NCBI GenBank assembly: GCA_934168355.1
Contig: CAKPNI010000001.1
Coordinates: 3,886-67,885, forward strand
Length of the DNA stretch: 64,000 bases
From: an uncultured Clostridia bacterium
GTDB lineage: Bacteria > Bacillota > Clostridia > TANB77 > CAG-508
Direction of reading: 5' to 3'
The notes under the pieces were generated by a model that did no database searches, was not told the DNA's origin, and saw nothing but the letters and a program-made list of their open reading frames with translations. This document shows, one piece after another, positions 19,248 through 29,799 of the stretch (its first letter is position 1; each line of letters opens with the position of its first letter). A program made the translations under genes and the position numbers.

Positions 19248-20357
19248 ATGAGAATTGCAATGTTAGGACATAAAAGGATTCCATCGAGGGAAGGTGGAGT
19301 TGAAATTGTTGTTGAAGAGCTAGCAACTAGACTTGTAAATAAAGGATACGAAGTAGATGTATACAACAGAAAAGGAAATAATGTTTCGGATAAAAATATA
19401 AAAACTAAGAAGATAAAAGAATATAAAGGCGTAAATATAAAAACTGTATTTACAATAAATAAAAAAGGAATAGATGCTTTAATTTATTCTTTTTTAGCGA
19501 GTATAAGAGTAGCACTTGGAAAATATGATTGCATTCATTATCACGCAGAAGGAAGTTGTGCAATGATATGGATTCCACATTTTATGAAAAAAAGAACAGT
19601 AGTAACAATTCATGGCTTAGATTGGCAAAGAGCTAAATGGGGTGGTTTTGCTACCAAGTATATAAAATTTGGAGAAAAGTGTGCAGCAAAATATGCGGAT
19701 GAAATTATAGTATTATCCAAAAATGTTCAAAAATATTTTAAAGATACATACAATAGAGATACAATTTTTATTGAAAATGGAGTAAATAAACCAGTATTAA
19801 AATCGGCAGATATAATTACAGAAAAATATGGCTTAAATGGTGATGATTATATATTATATCTTGCTAGAATTGTACCTGAAAAAAGACTAGATTTATTAAT
19901 AGAGGCATTTAGGAAAACAAATACAAATAAAAAACTAGTTATTGCTGGTGGAGCAAGTCATACAAATGACTTTATGCAAAAAATAGAAGAACTAGCAAAA
20001 CAAGATGAAAGAATTATAATGACAGGATTTGTTCAAGGCAAAGAATTAGAGGAACTTTTTAGCAATGCTTATTTATATTGTTTGCCAAGTGATGTTGAAG
20101 GAATGCCAATTAGCCTAATGGAAGCTATGAGCTATGGTAGAAATTGCTTAATAAGTGATATTGAAGAGAATGTTCAAGTGTGTGGAGAATATGGAATGAC
20201 GTTTAAGAAATCTGATTTGGATGACTTGACAAACAAATTAAATTTATGTTTGAATGGTAAGAGTAGGTTTGAAGAAAATGCTATTTCTAATTATATTTTG
20301 AATAGGTATAATTGGGATGATGTTGTAGAGAAAACTGAGAAATTGTATAGAAAATAA
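19248..20357 (+). CDS. Glycosyltransferase family 4
   Basis: GT-B fold, EX7E motif (SDVEGMPISLMEAMSYG). Confidence 0.8.
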   Translation: MRIAMLGHKRIPSREGGVEIVVEELATRLVNKGYEVDVYNRKGNNVSDKNIKTKKIKEYKGVNIKTVFTINKKGIDALIYSFLASIRVALGKYDCIHYHAEGSCAMIWIPHFMKKRTVVTIHGLDWQRAKWGGFATKYIKFGEKCAAKYADEIIVLSKNVQKYFKDTYNRDTIFIENGVNKPVLKSADIITEKYGLNGDDYILYLARIVPEKRLDLLIEAFRKTNTNKKLVIAGGASHTNDFMQKIEELAKQDERIIMTGFVQGKELEELFSNAYLYCLPSDVEGMPISLMEAMSYGRNCLISDIEENVQVCGEYGMTFKKSDLDDLTNKLNLCLNGKSRFEENAISNYILNRYNWDDVVEKTEKLYRK

Positions 20358-20366
20358 TTGGAGTGA

Positions 20367-21620
20367 GTGAAATTGAGAATATTACTTGTGAATAAATTCC
20401 ACTATTTAAATGGTGGAAGTGAGAAATACTATTTTGAATTAGGAAAGCTGTTGAAAAAAAACGGGAATGAAGTTGCTTATTTTTCAATGCGTGATGACAG
20501 AAATATAAAAACAGGAGATAAAGAATATTTCGTAGAAAAAATTGACTTAAATACAGGAAGCAAATTAAAAGCTTTAGATGTAATATATTCTAAGGAAAAT
20601 TATAAAAAAATGCAAGAAGCAATAGATGATTTTAAACCAGATATAGTACATTTGAATAATTTCCAAAGGCAATTGTCAGAGTCAATAGTTGAATGTTGTA
20701 AAAAAAACAAAATTCCGATGGTGTTTACAGCACATGATGTACAAGCAATATGTCCAGCGATTAGTATGTTGGATGGAGAAAGAAATATTTGCGAAAAATG
20801 TATGAGTGGAAAATATTTAAATTGTTTTAAGAAAAAATGTATTAAAAATTCGACGCTAAAAAGTTTGCTTGGAGCATATGAAGGTAAATATTATAAAAAT
20901 AAAAAAGTTTATACAGAAAAAATCGGACATATAATAACACCTTCAGTATTTTATAAAAACAAATTTATAGAAGACGGAGTGAAATCAGATAAAATAGATG
21001 CAATTCATAATTTTATTGAACTAGAAGATTATAATTTGCAAGTTGAAAATGATGGATATGCATTATATTCAGGAAGGTTAGCAAAAGAAAAAGGAATATT
21101 AAATTTAGTGGAAGCTTTTACAAATTTAATAAAAAATAGTAAAGGTAATGAAAAACTAAATGGTATTAGACTTTATATAGCTGGTGATGGACCAGAAAGA
21201 GAAAATATAGAAAAGAAAATTAAAAATAGTAAATTAGAAAACAGAATAGTTCTTTTAGGGTATTTGAATCAAAAGGATTTGAGAGAATTTACAAGAAAGT
21301 GTAGTTTCTTAGTAATACCATCGATTTGGTATGAAAATGGACCATATTCTGTTATTGAAACACAAGCAATTGGAAAAGCTATAATAGGAGCTAATATTGG
21401 AGGCATTCCTGAAATGGTACAAGATAATGTAAATGGCTTAATATATGAATACGATGATATAAATAAACTTGAAGATAAGATGAAAAACTTGTTTGAATCT
21501 CCAGAATTAGCAGATCATTTTGGAAAGTCGGCAAAGAATTTTGCTTTAAAGGAATATAGACCAGAAAAATATTATGAAAAGATAGAAAAAATTTATAAAA
21601 ATGTATTAGGAGAGATTTAA
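20367..21620 (+). CDS. Glycosyltransferase family 4
   Basis: PSIWYENGPYSVIETQAIGKAIIGANIGGIPE EX7E region. GTG start. Confidence 0.8.
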   Translation: MKLRILLVNKFHYLNGGSEKYYFELGKLLKKNGNEVAYFSMRDDRNIKTGDKEYFVEKIDLNTGSKLKALDVIYSKENYKKMQEAIDDFKPDIVHLNNFQRQLSESIVECCKKNKIPMVFTAHDVQAICPAISMLDGERNICEKCMSGKYLNCFKKKCIKNSTLKSLLGAYEGKYYKNKKVYTEKIGHIITPSVFYKNKFIEDGVKSDKIDAIHNFIELEDYNLQVENDGYALYSGRLAKEKGILNLVEAFTNLIKNSKGNEKLNGIRLYIAGDGPERENIEKKIKNSKLENRIVLLGYLNQKDLREFTRKCSFLVIPSIWYENGPYSVIETQAIGKAIIGANIGGIPEMVQDNVNGLIYEYDDINKLEDKMKNLFESPELADHFGKSAKNFALKEYRPEKYYEKIEKIYKNVLGEI

Positions 21621-21621
21621 A

Positions 21622-22800
21622 ATGGCTGAAAAAAAATTAAATGGTACAGTTATTGTTACATATAGATGTAACGCAAGATGTACAATGTGCAATAGATACA
21701 AAGCACCATCAAGACCTGATGAAGAAATAAGTATAGAAACAATAAAAAAATTACCTAAAATGTATTTTACAAATATAACTGGAGGAGAACCTTTTATTAG
21801 AGAAGATTTGCCAGATATTGTGAGAGAACTATACAAAAAATCTGATAGAATTGTTATTTCAACAAATGGATTTTTTACAGATAGAATAATAAAACTATGT
21901 GAAGAATTTCCAAATGTTGGAATAAGAATATCAATCGAAGGTTTAGAACAAACCAATAACGAAATCAGAGGACTAAATGACGGATTTAATAGAGGATTTT
22001 CAACATTAAAAAAATTAGTTGAAATGAAACATCCAGATGTTGGATTTGGTATGACCGTTCAAGATAAAAATGCAAAGGATTTAGTAGCACTATACGATTT
22101 ATCTAATGAAATGGGAATGGAATTTGCTACGGCATCATTGCATAATAGTTTTTATTTTGTAGAAGCAAAAAATATTATTCATGACAGACCAATGGTAGCA
22201 AAGGAATTTGAAAAATTAATAAATAAACTTTTAGAATCAAAATCACCTAAAAAATGGTTTAGAGCGTATTTTAATCATGGTTTAATTAATTATATATATG
22301 GCCAAAAAAGATTATTACCATGTGATATGGCTTTTGATACGTTTTTTATAGATCCATATGGGGATGTTATGCCATGCAATGGAACAAAATGTAAAGAAGT
22401 AATGGGTAATTTAAATGAGCAATCTTGGGACGAATTATGGAATTCTGAAAAAGCAGAGAAAGTAAGAAATGTTGTAAGACATTGTTCAAGAAACTGCTGG
22501 ATGATAGGTTCTGTTTCTCCAGCTATGCATAAATATATATGGAAACCAGCTTGGTGGGTAATTAAACACAAAGTTAAATTTTGGACAAAGAAAAAATATT
22601 CAATGTATGAGTTACCAATTGTAAGACAATATAAAGAAGGTAAAGTATCAAAAGAAGAATTGGATAAACTTTCTACTTGTGATTTAAATGCTGTTATTGA
22701 TAATGGATTATCTGATGCCTCTAAAGAGCAGTTGAGGTATAAGACTGGAGAAGAGATTGTTAATGCAGATATTAAAAATCAATTAAATAAAAATAAGTAA
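21622..22800 (+). CDS. Radical SAM / SPASM-domain protein
   Basis: CNARCTMC (CX3CX2C) near N-terminus. C-terminal cysteine-rich SPASM-like region (PCDMAFDTFFIDPYGDVMPCNGTKC...CSRNC). Confidence 0.75.
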   Translation: MAEKKLNGTVIVTYRCNARCTMCNRYKAPSRPDEEISIETIKKLPKMYFTNITGGEPFIREDLPDIVRELYKKSDRIVISTNGFFTDRIIKLCEEFPNVGIRISIEGLEQTNNEIRGLNDGFNRGFSTLKKLVEMKHPDVGFGMTVQDKNAKDLVALYDLSNEMGMEFATASLHNSFYFVEAKNIIHDRPMVAKEFEKLINKLLESKSPKKWFRAYFNHGLINYIYGQKRLLPCDMAFDTFFIDPYGDVMPCNGTKCKEVMGNLNEQSWDELWNSEKAEKVRNVVRHCSRNCWMIGSVSPAMHKYIWKPAWWVIKHKVKFWTKKKYSMYELPIVRQYKEGKVSKEELDKLSTCDLNAVIDNGLSDASKEQLRYKTGEEIVNADIKNQLNKNK

Positions 22801-22840
22801 ATATATTAAGTTACAATATATTGTGATAGTAGGGGATGAA

Positions 22841-23866
22841 ATGAAATTAGAAAAAAATATTATTATAACCGATAATTCAGTAGATGATATGAATGAGTTT
22901 AAAAATGGAATAAGAGAAACATCCAATATTGAATTTAAGACTTACGCAATGAATGCCAACAAAGGGAGAGGCAATAAGTTAAAGAATTTTATAAGATATT
23001 TAAAATATTTTTATTTTCCTTTTATTATTTTTTTGAATAGAAGAAAAGTGGAAAGAATAATTGCTTGGCAACAATTTTATGGTTTAATATATGCTTTTTA
23101 TTGTAAAATATTTAACGTAAAAAAAAGAAATTATTTATATATAAATGTTTTTATTTATCGAGAGAAGAAGGGAATTATAGGAAAAATTTATTATAAATTT
23201 ATGAAATACATAGTTACTAGCGAATATATAGATAAAATGTCAACAACTTCAAAGAACGAATGTGAATTGTATAGCAAAATATTTGATGTAAATAAAGAAA
23301 AATTTGTATTTACGCCTTTTGGAGTTAATAGTATAGAGGAAGCGGTTAAAGATATTGAAGAGGATAAAGATAAATTTATTTTATCATTAGGAAGATCGAA
23401 TAGGGATTTTGATTTTTTAATTGAAACTTTAAAAGATACTGAGTATAATGTAAAAATAATATGTGACGAATTTAGAACTAATATAAAATATGATAATGTT
23501 GAAATTATTAATAATGTGTATGGCAAAAAATCTTGGGAATATATAAAAAGATGTTTTTGCATGGTAATACCAATAAAAAATCCAGAGATTTCAGCAGGAC
23601 AAACAGTATTGTTAAATTCGATGCAATTAAGGAAACCAATAATAATAACTGAATCCAAAGGACTTACTGATGACTACATAGAAAGTGGCAAAACGGGTAT
23701 TATAATAAAGAAAAAGAGAGAGGAACTATTAAATGCTCTTAACAGTTTGTTTGAAAATCAAGAATTTTATGATGAAATTGCGGATAATGAATACGAACTT
23801 TATAAAGAGAAGTTTTCAATAAAGGTTTTAGGAAGGTTAGTAGGAGATATTATAAAGGAAAGGTGA
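22841..23866 (+). CDS. Glycosyltransferase (GT-B, GT1/GT4-like C-terminal domain)
   Basis: C-terminal GT-B signature around KPIIITESKGLTDDYIESGKTG. Start at ATG 22841 after AGGGGATGA SD. Confidence 0.55.
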   Translation: MKLEKNIIITDNSVDDMNEFKNGIRETSNIEFKTYAMNANKGRGNKLKNFIRYLKYFYFPFIIFLNRRKVERIIAWQQFYGLIYAFYCKIFNVKKRNYLYINVFIYREKKGIIGKIYYKFMKYIVTSEYIDKMSTTSKNECELYSKIFDVNKEKFVFTPFGVNSIEEAVKDIEEDKDKFILSLGRSNRDFDFLIETLKDTEYNVKIICDEFRTNIKYDNVEIINNVYGKKSWEYIKRCFCMVIPIKNPEISAGQTVLLNSMQLRKPIIITESKGLTDDYIESGKTGIIIKKKREELLNALNSLFENQEFYDEIADNEYELYKEKFSIKVLGRLVGDIIKER

Positions 23867-23869
23867 AAT

Positions 23870-26161
23870 ATGAAAGTAGATATAATTACTAGACATTCGG
23901 TTCCTAATTATGGTTCATTATTACAATCGTATGCAACACAAAAAACCATAGAGGAAATGGGATTTGAATCTGAAATTATTAATTATACCAGATATGAAGA
24001 AAGATACAGAAATTTAGTTAACTCTTTGATTAAGGGAAAAAAATGGGATAAAAATATTATAACAAGAGCAATTTATAAGATTATCCAAACCCCAAATTAT
24101 GCTAAAATGTATAAGAAATTTGAAAAGTATAGAAAAAATTTTTTAAAGGAAAGCAATTTAGTGTATGGTAATATTCAAGAGTTGAAAGATAATGTTCCGG
24201 AAGCAGATGTATATTGCTCTGGAAGTGATCAAATATGGGGAAAAATAGGAACTTTGGAATATGATGAGGCATATTTCTTGAAATTTATTGAAAATAAACA
24301 GAAAAAATGTATTTCATATTCATCAAGTTTTGGAAAAGAAAAAATAGATGGAAATTTAGAAAAAAATATAGAAGAATTATTAAAAAATTATAGTGATATA
24401 TTTGTGCGAGAAGATACTGCTAAAGAAATATTAGAGAAACATGGTTTTGAAAATGTGGAACAGGTTCTTGATCCAACATTATTATTAAATAAAGAACAAT
24501 GGGAAAAACTTGCTAATAAGGTTAAGCTAAAGTATAATAAATATGTATTGGTATATCAATTACATGATAATAAGAAATTTGATCAATACGCAAAAGAATT
24601 TGCGAAGAAAGCAGGATTAAAACTTCTAAGGATTAGCCCATCAATCTATCATATTACCAGAAGCGGTAAACTTATTTATTTGCCAGATCAATATGAATTT
24701 TTATCATTATTTCAAAATGCCGAATATATATTAACCGATTCTTTTCATGCAACAGTATTTTCTATTATATTTAATAAAAAATTTGTTGATATTTTGCCAG
24801 GAAAAACTAGTACTAGAATAGTAAGTATATTAAATTTAACAGGATTACAAAAACAGATATTAGAGAAATATGATGATTTTTCTTTTATAAATAAGGATGT
24901 AGATTTTACGGAATGCAATAAAGTTATTGAAAAAGAAAGAGAAAAATCAATAGCGTTATTAAGAAATGCTATTATAGGTAAAGACAATAGAACTATAGAT
25001 TTATTGAATAAGAATTATAAATGTACTGGTTGTAAAACGTGTGAGCAAATATGCCCTGTAAAGGCAATAGATATGATGGAAGACGAAGAGGGATTTTATA
25101 AACCAAGAATAAATAAAGAGAAATGTATAAAATGCGAAAAATGTTATAAAAATTGTCCACAGCTAAATTGTATTGAAACTAACAAAGAATTTAATCAATT
25201 AAATGTATATGCAATAAAAAACAAAAATAAAACAGAACAAAAGACAAGTTCATCTGGCGGAGTATTTTCAGCATTGGCTCAATATGTTTTGAGCAATTGT
25301 GGAATTGTTTATGGAGCTAGTTTTTATGAAAATTTTAAATTGAAACAGACAAGAATAGATAAACTAGATGAATTATATAGACTCAAGGGATCGAAATATT
25401 TGCAAAGTGATACAAGTGAAATTTTTGGACTTGTAAAAGAGGATCTTCTTAATAATAAGTTAGTTTTATACATTGGAACACCGTGTCAAATTGGAGGATT
25501 AAAAAATTATCTTGGAAAAGACTATAATAACTTATTATTAGTTGATTTATTATGCCATGGGGTTCCAAGTCAAAGGTTGTTTAATGAATATATAAATTGG
25601 TTGGAAAAAAGAGAAAAATCGAAAGTAAAAAAGTATGATTTTAGAAATAAAGAAAAATCTATTTGGGAATTAGGATATATTCCTAAGGTTAGTTTTGAAA
25701 ATGGTAGAGATAAGTATCTATATGGAGATACAGATATATATATAAAATCATTTTTAAGAGGAAATACATTAATGGAAGCTTGTTATAGTTGTAAATATAC
25801 AAAAATGGAAAGAATTTCAGATATTACAATTGGAGACTTATGGGGAGTAGGTAAAGCATATCCAGAATTATATGATGAAAATGGGGTTTCTTTAGTATTG
25901 ATTAATACAACAAATGGAAAAGAAGCGATGAATGAAATAAAAGATAATTTGTGTATAAAAGAAATTAAAATAAATGAGATTATAAAATATACCCAACCGT
26001 TGTGCAAACCTACAAAACGACCTAATGATAGATCTCATTATGTCATAAATTTAATTAAAAAGTTAAAAAATAATAAAGTAAAGAATGTTATAAGCATAAA
26101 AGACATAATAAAGCAGTGTACACCAATGAGTATAAGAAAAAAAATTAGGAAAATTAATTAA
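23870..26161 (+). CDS. Polysaccharide pyruvyl transferase fused to 2x[4Fe-4S] ferredoxin and F420-hydrogenase beta (FrhB/FdhB)-like C-terminal domain
   Basis: N-terminal PS_pyruv_trans-like region. Two CxxCxxCxxxCP motifs (CTGCKTCEQICP, CIKCEKCYKNCP). C-terminal FrhB_FdhB-like region. Confidence 0.7.
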   Translation: MKVDIITRHSVPNYGSLLQSYATQKTIEEMGFESEIINYTRYEERYRNLVNSLIKGKKWDKNIITRAIYKIIQTPNYAKMYKKFEKYRKNFLKESNLVYGNIQELKDNVPEADVYCSGSDQIWGKIGTLEYDEAYFLKFIENKQKKCISYSSSFGKEKIDGNLEKNIEELLKNYSDIFVREDTAKEILEKHGFENVEQVLDPTLLLNKEQWEKLANKVKLKYNKYVLVYQLHDNKKFDQYAKEFAKKAGLKLLRISPSIYHITRSGKLIYLPDQYEFLSLFQNAEYILTDSFHATVFSIIFNKKFVDILPGKTSTRIVSILNLTGLQKQILEKYDDFSFINKDVDFTECNKVIEKEREKSIALLRNAIIGKDNRTIDLLNKNYKCTGCKTCEQICPVKAIDMMEDEEGFYKPRINKEKCIKCEKCYKNCPQLNCIETNKEFNQLNVYAIKNKNKTEQKTSSSGGVFSALAQYVLSNCGIVYGASFYENFKLKQTRIDKLDELYRLKGSKYLQSDTSEIFGLVKEDLLNNKLVLYIGTPCQIGGLKNYLGKDYNNLLLVDLLCHGVPSQRLFNEYINWLEKREKSKVKKYDFRNKEKSIWELGYIPKVSFENGRDKYLYGDTDIYIKSFLRGNTLMEACYSCKYTKMERISDITIGDLWGVGKAYPELYDENGVSLVLINTTNGKEAMNEIKDNLCIKEIKINEIIKYTQPLCKPTKRPNDRSHYVINLIKKLKNNKVKNVISIKDIIKQCTPMSIRKKIRKIN

Positions 26162-26184
26162 GACAATTTTGAGAGGAAAAAAAT

Positions 26185-27300
26185 ATGAAAGTACTACATT
26201 TACTTGCAACAGGAGGAACGGGCGGAATTGAAGTTTTATGTAAGGATATATTCCTAAGGTCGAATTTTGACAACAGAATATGTTGCTTATTTGATGAAGG
26301 GGAAATTTTTAAAAGCTTAAGTGAAGAAAATGAAAAAATATTTTCGCTAAAAAAATACAATAAAAACATAAATAAAATAGTTAAGTACCTAGTTAAGTAT
26401 TGTATTAATGAAAAAATAGAAATTATAACAGTACATCATGGTGGCTTAAGTTGTAATCTAATTTATATAATGCTAAAAAAAAGATTACCAAATCTGAAAT
26501 ATGTAAGGTATTTACATGCTTGTTTTGATCAATATGCTTTTGGTAATGACAAGGGAATATTTAATAGAATATTAATAAGGACGATGATGCAAAAAGCATT
26601 TAATTGTTCTGATTTATTAATATTTATTTCGAGAGCAGTAGAAAAAAGTTTTGATATAAAATTTAATATAAAAAATAAAAGTAGATCTATTATATATAAT
26701 GGGATAGATGAAAAATTCTTTAGTCAAAAAAAATCAATAAGAAATGAAAAAAAAGAAATAAATATAACCTTTGTTGGGAGATTATCTTATGTTAAGGGTG
26801 TAGATTTATTGATTAGAGCTTTTTCAGATGTAAGAAAAGAAAATAAAAATGCGTATTTGGTAATTGTTGGAGATGGAGAAGAAAAAGAAAAACTTATAAA
26901 TTTGTCTACTGAATTAAATTTAAGTAATAGAATTAGATTTGTTGGACGACAATCTAATGTAATTGAATGGCTTGATTTAGCGGATATTTTTGTGTACCCT
27001 TCCATTTGGGAAGAAGGTTTTGGAATATCAGTTGTGGAGGCGATGGCTAGAGGATGTATACCTATTACATTTAAAAGAGGAGGGTTACCAGAAATTATAG
27101 ATAACAATCAAAATGGTATTTTGGTAGATGATGTAAACGTTAAAAATTTGGTCAAAGCTATAAAACAAATTATAATGTTGGATGAATATAAAAAAAATAA
27201 AATAATAGATTATGCACAATCTACAGCGAAAAGGTTTACAATAGAAAATACAATAAGGAGTTTGGAATCTGAATATGTAAAATTACTAAATGAAAAATAG
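26185..27300 (+). CDS. Glycosyltransferase family 4
   Basis: PSIWEEGFGISVVEAMARGCIPI EX7E motif. Confidence 0.8.
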   Translation: MKVLHLLATGGTGGIEVLCKDIFLRSNFDNRICCLFDEGEIFKSLSEENEKIFSLKKYNKNINKIVKYLVKYCINEKIEIITVHHGGLSCNLIYIMLKKRLPNLKYVRYLHACFDQYAFGNDKGIFNRILIRTMMQKAFNCSDLLIFISRAVEKSFDIKFNIKNKSRSIIYNGIDEKFFSQKKSIRNEKKEINITFVGRLSYVKGVDLLIRAFSDVRKENKNAYLVIVGDGEEKEKLINLSTELNLSNRIRFVGRQSNVIEWLDLADIFVYPSIWEEGFGISVVEAMARGCIPITFKRGGLPEIIDNNQNGILVDDVNVKNLVKAIKQIIMLDEYKKNKIIDYAQSTAKRFTIENTIRSLESEYVKLLNEK

Positions 27301-27413
27301 TACTTATCGGAAATATTTTTTTAGAAAATTTCAGCAAGTACTATATAGAAAAACATGCAGGTTCAAAGTATTTATTATTGTGTTTTTTATGAATGGATTA
27401 GGAAGGAATTTTT

Positions 27414-28370
27414 ATGAAAAAAAATATATGTATATTAATAGTTACATTTAATAGAAAAAAAAATTTAGAAAAATTATTAGATAGCTTAATTTGTCTAAAG
27501 GAACAAATTTCTGGAATATTTATTTTTGATAATAACAGCACAGATGGCACAGCTGACATATTGAAGGAAATGAATATTATAGATTATATAGTAAAAGATG
27601 AAGTTATAATGAAAAAAAATAATAGTATAGATTATTATTATTATAAAAATAACCAGAATGAAGGAGGCGCAAAGGGATTTCATGAAGGGTTAAGAATGAT
27701 AAATTCTATGAAAGAATTTGAGTATGTGTGGGTTATGGATGATGATGTTTTACCAGAACCTGATTGCTTAGAAAATTTAATGAAATATCAAAGTGAAAAT
27801 GCTATGATTACTATACCAAATAGAACAGATGAAAATTTTAACGATAAAGTTTGTATAAAAATAGATAGAAAAAATCCTTTTAAAATTTTTATGCATAAAA
27901 AAAAGATTCTTTATAATAATGAAATAAATGACAAAGATTATGTAGATGTGGTGGATATGCCGTTTGAAGGACCATTAATAAATTGCAAATTGATTGATAA
28001 AATAGGACTGCCAGATGAAACATATTTTATTCAATTTGATGATACAGACTACGCAACGAGAGCGGTTAAATTCACTAAAATAAAATTTATAAAGAATGCA
28101 ACTTTACATAAACAAATTATTCCTACAAATGATAAAAAAAGACAAATGAATTGGAAAGACTATTATGCATATAGGAATGATATTTTGTATTGTAGAAAAT
28201 ACGGCGAAAATATTTTTGTAAAATATTTAACTCCTATTTTATTATATATTAATTTAATGGGAAAAGCTATTATAAAGAGAAAAGGAAAAAACATTAAAGT
28301 TATAAGTAGAGCTTTCTATGATGGATACACTGAGAAAAAAGGAAAAACTGTAGAACCAGGAGAATTTTAA
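27414..28370 (+). CDS. Glycosyltransferase family 2
   Basis: ICILIVTFNR...FDNNSTDGT and DDD motif (WVMDDDV). Confidence 0.8.
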   Translation: MKKNICILIVTFNRKKNLEKLLDSLICLKEQISGIFIFDNNSTDGTADILKEMNIIDYIVKDEVIMKKNNSIDYYYYKNNQNEGGAKGFHEGLRMINSMKEFEYVWVMDDDVLPEPDCLENLMKYQSENAMITIPNRTDENFNDKVCIKIDRKNPFKIFMHKKKILYNNEINDKDYVDVVDMPFEGPLINCKLIDKIGLPDETYFIQFDDTDYATRAVKFTKIKFIKNATLHKQIIPTNDKKRQMNWKDYYAYRNDILYCRKYGENIFVKYLTPILLYINLMGKAIIKRKGKNIKVISRAFYDGYTEKKGKTVEPGEF

Positions 28371-28371
28371 T

Positions 28372-29769
28372 ATGTTGTTAGAAAGAAAAAGAAAAAAAGA
28401 TATAAACAAGATGACACTAGTGACAATTTTTGTATTAATATTAATAAGTTTCTTTTCAGAAAAAATGGAAAGTATAAAAGTAATATTGTATGTTGCTTGC
28501 GCACTGGTTGGTTTTTTTTCCACTAGATATACATTTGTAATAATTATGTTGGCATACACAAATGCCTTCTCACTGTTTAATGGGTTAGAAATGCAAGGAG
28601 GTTTAACGGATTTTGGACTAATTGCTGGATTGGTATGTTGTGGAATGGAAACGATAAGATATATAAAAGAAAAAAAATATAAAATTTCTAAAAAGTGTAT
28701 TGGCATTGTTGCATATGTTTTAAGTATTTTATTGCTATTATCTTTTAGTATTATGGTAGCGAAGCTAAGATATGATCAACCTATTATTAGGGGGATATAT
28801 TCATTTAGATATATATTGGTTATTATGTATGTTTTTCCTTTTATTAGATTCTTAAAGAAGGATAGACAAGAAAAAATAGTAATTATGGAATACCTGTCTA
28901 GAATCATTACAATTTCAATAATAATAATTATTATACAAGAATTAATAAAGGATAAAGTTGAAATATTAAAATTGTTAAGAACAGCAAGATTAGGTAAAGA
29001 TAGAATTTTGCTACATGCGGCTTCACCATTATATATAATGGTTTTTGCATATAACCTTTATAAAATATTAAAGGATAAAAAGGATGTATTATATGGAATA
29101 TTACCAATAATATTAATCTTAATAGCAGTTTTTATAATTTCACAGACCAGAATTTTTATGGCATGTATTTTGTCAGTTGCAATTTTAGAAGTATTGGTAT
29201 TTAGCAAAATAAAGATAGTAAATAAAATAGCTTTGGCTATAATAGGGTTGGGTATAATTGGAATTGCCTTTGAAACTAATATAGTGAATCAAATGTTAGG
29301 AAATTTATTTGAGGATGTGAATAAAGATGGAGATTCATATATAAGAAATGAAGGAAGAAGATATTATATGGCTCTTATTGACGATGAATTTTTTTTTATG
29401 GGAGGAGGAATTACTAACGAAAAATATTTAGAGTCTCCAATAAATGCTGCAAGTGAATATAATTATTATTTGGTGGATATAGGAATTTATGGCTTTTTCT
29501 TTGAGTATGGAAGTCTAGGTATAATTGCCATAGGAATTTTAACAATAGATATTTTTAGAAAAAGTTTCTATATTAAAGATAAATCAATATCAAATTTACT
29601 AAAAATGTTTTGTGCGATGATTATTACAATGTTATATACGGTTTCACCTCTTTCCTCAAGTGTATGGATTTTGTATGTTGTAATGATTGCTTTTATAGAA
29701 TCAGAAATAAATTTAAATTGTTTTGAGAAAATAGACAGGAAAGAAATAAATAGGAAACATATGTATTAA
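28372..29769 (+). CDS. wzy: Wzy-type polysaccharide polymerase / O-antigen ligase-like membrane protein
   Basis: 465 aa, about 10-12 TM helices with large periplasmic loop. Position in Wzx/Wzy-type locus. Confidence 0.6.
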   Translation: MLLERKRKKDINKMTLVTIFVLILISFFSEKMESIKVILYVACALVGFFSTRYTFVIIMLAYTNAFSLFNGLEMQGGLTDFGLIAGLVCCGMETIRYIKEKKYKISKKCIGIVAYVLSILLLLSFSIMVAKLRYDQPIIRGIYSFRYILVIMYVFPFIRFLKKDRQEKIVIMEYLSRIITISIIIIIIQELIKDKVEILKLLRTARLGKDRILLHAASPLYIMVFAYNLYKILKDKKDVLYGILPIILILIAVFIISQTRIFMACILSVAILEVLVFSKIKIVNKIALAIIGLGIIGIAFETNIVNQMLGNLFEDVNKDGDSYIRNEGRRYYMALIDDEFFFMGGGITNEKYLESPINAASEYNYYLVDIGIYGFFFEYGSLGIIAIGILTIDIFRKSFYIKDKSISNLLKMFCAMIITMLYTVSPLSSSVWILYVVMIAFIESEINLNCFEKIDRKEINRKHMY

Positions 29770-29799
29770 TATTTATAGTAAAGTAAAGGAGAGATGGAT

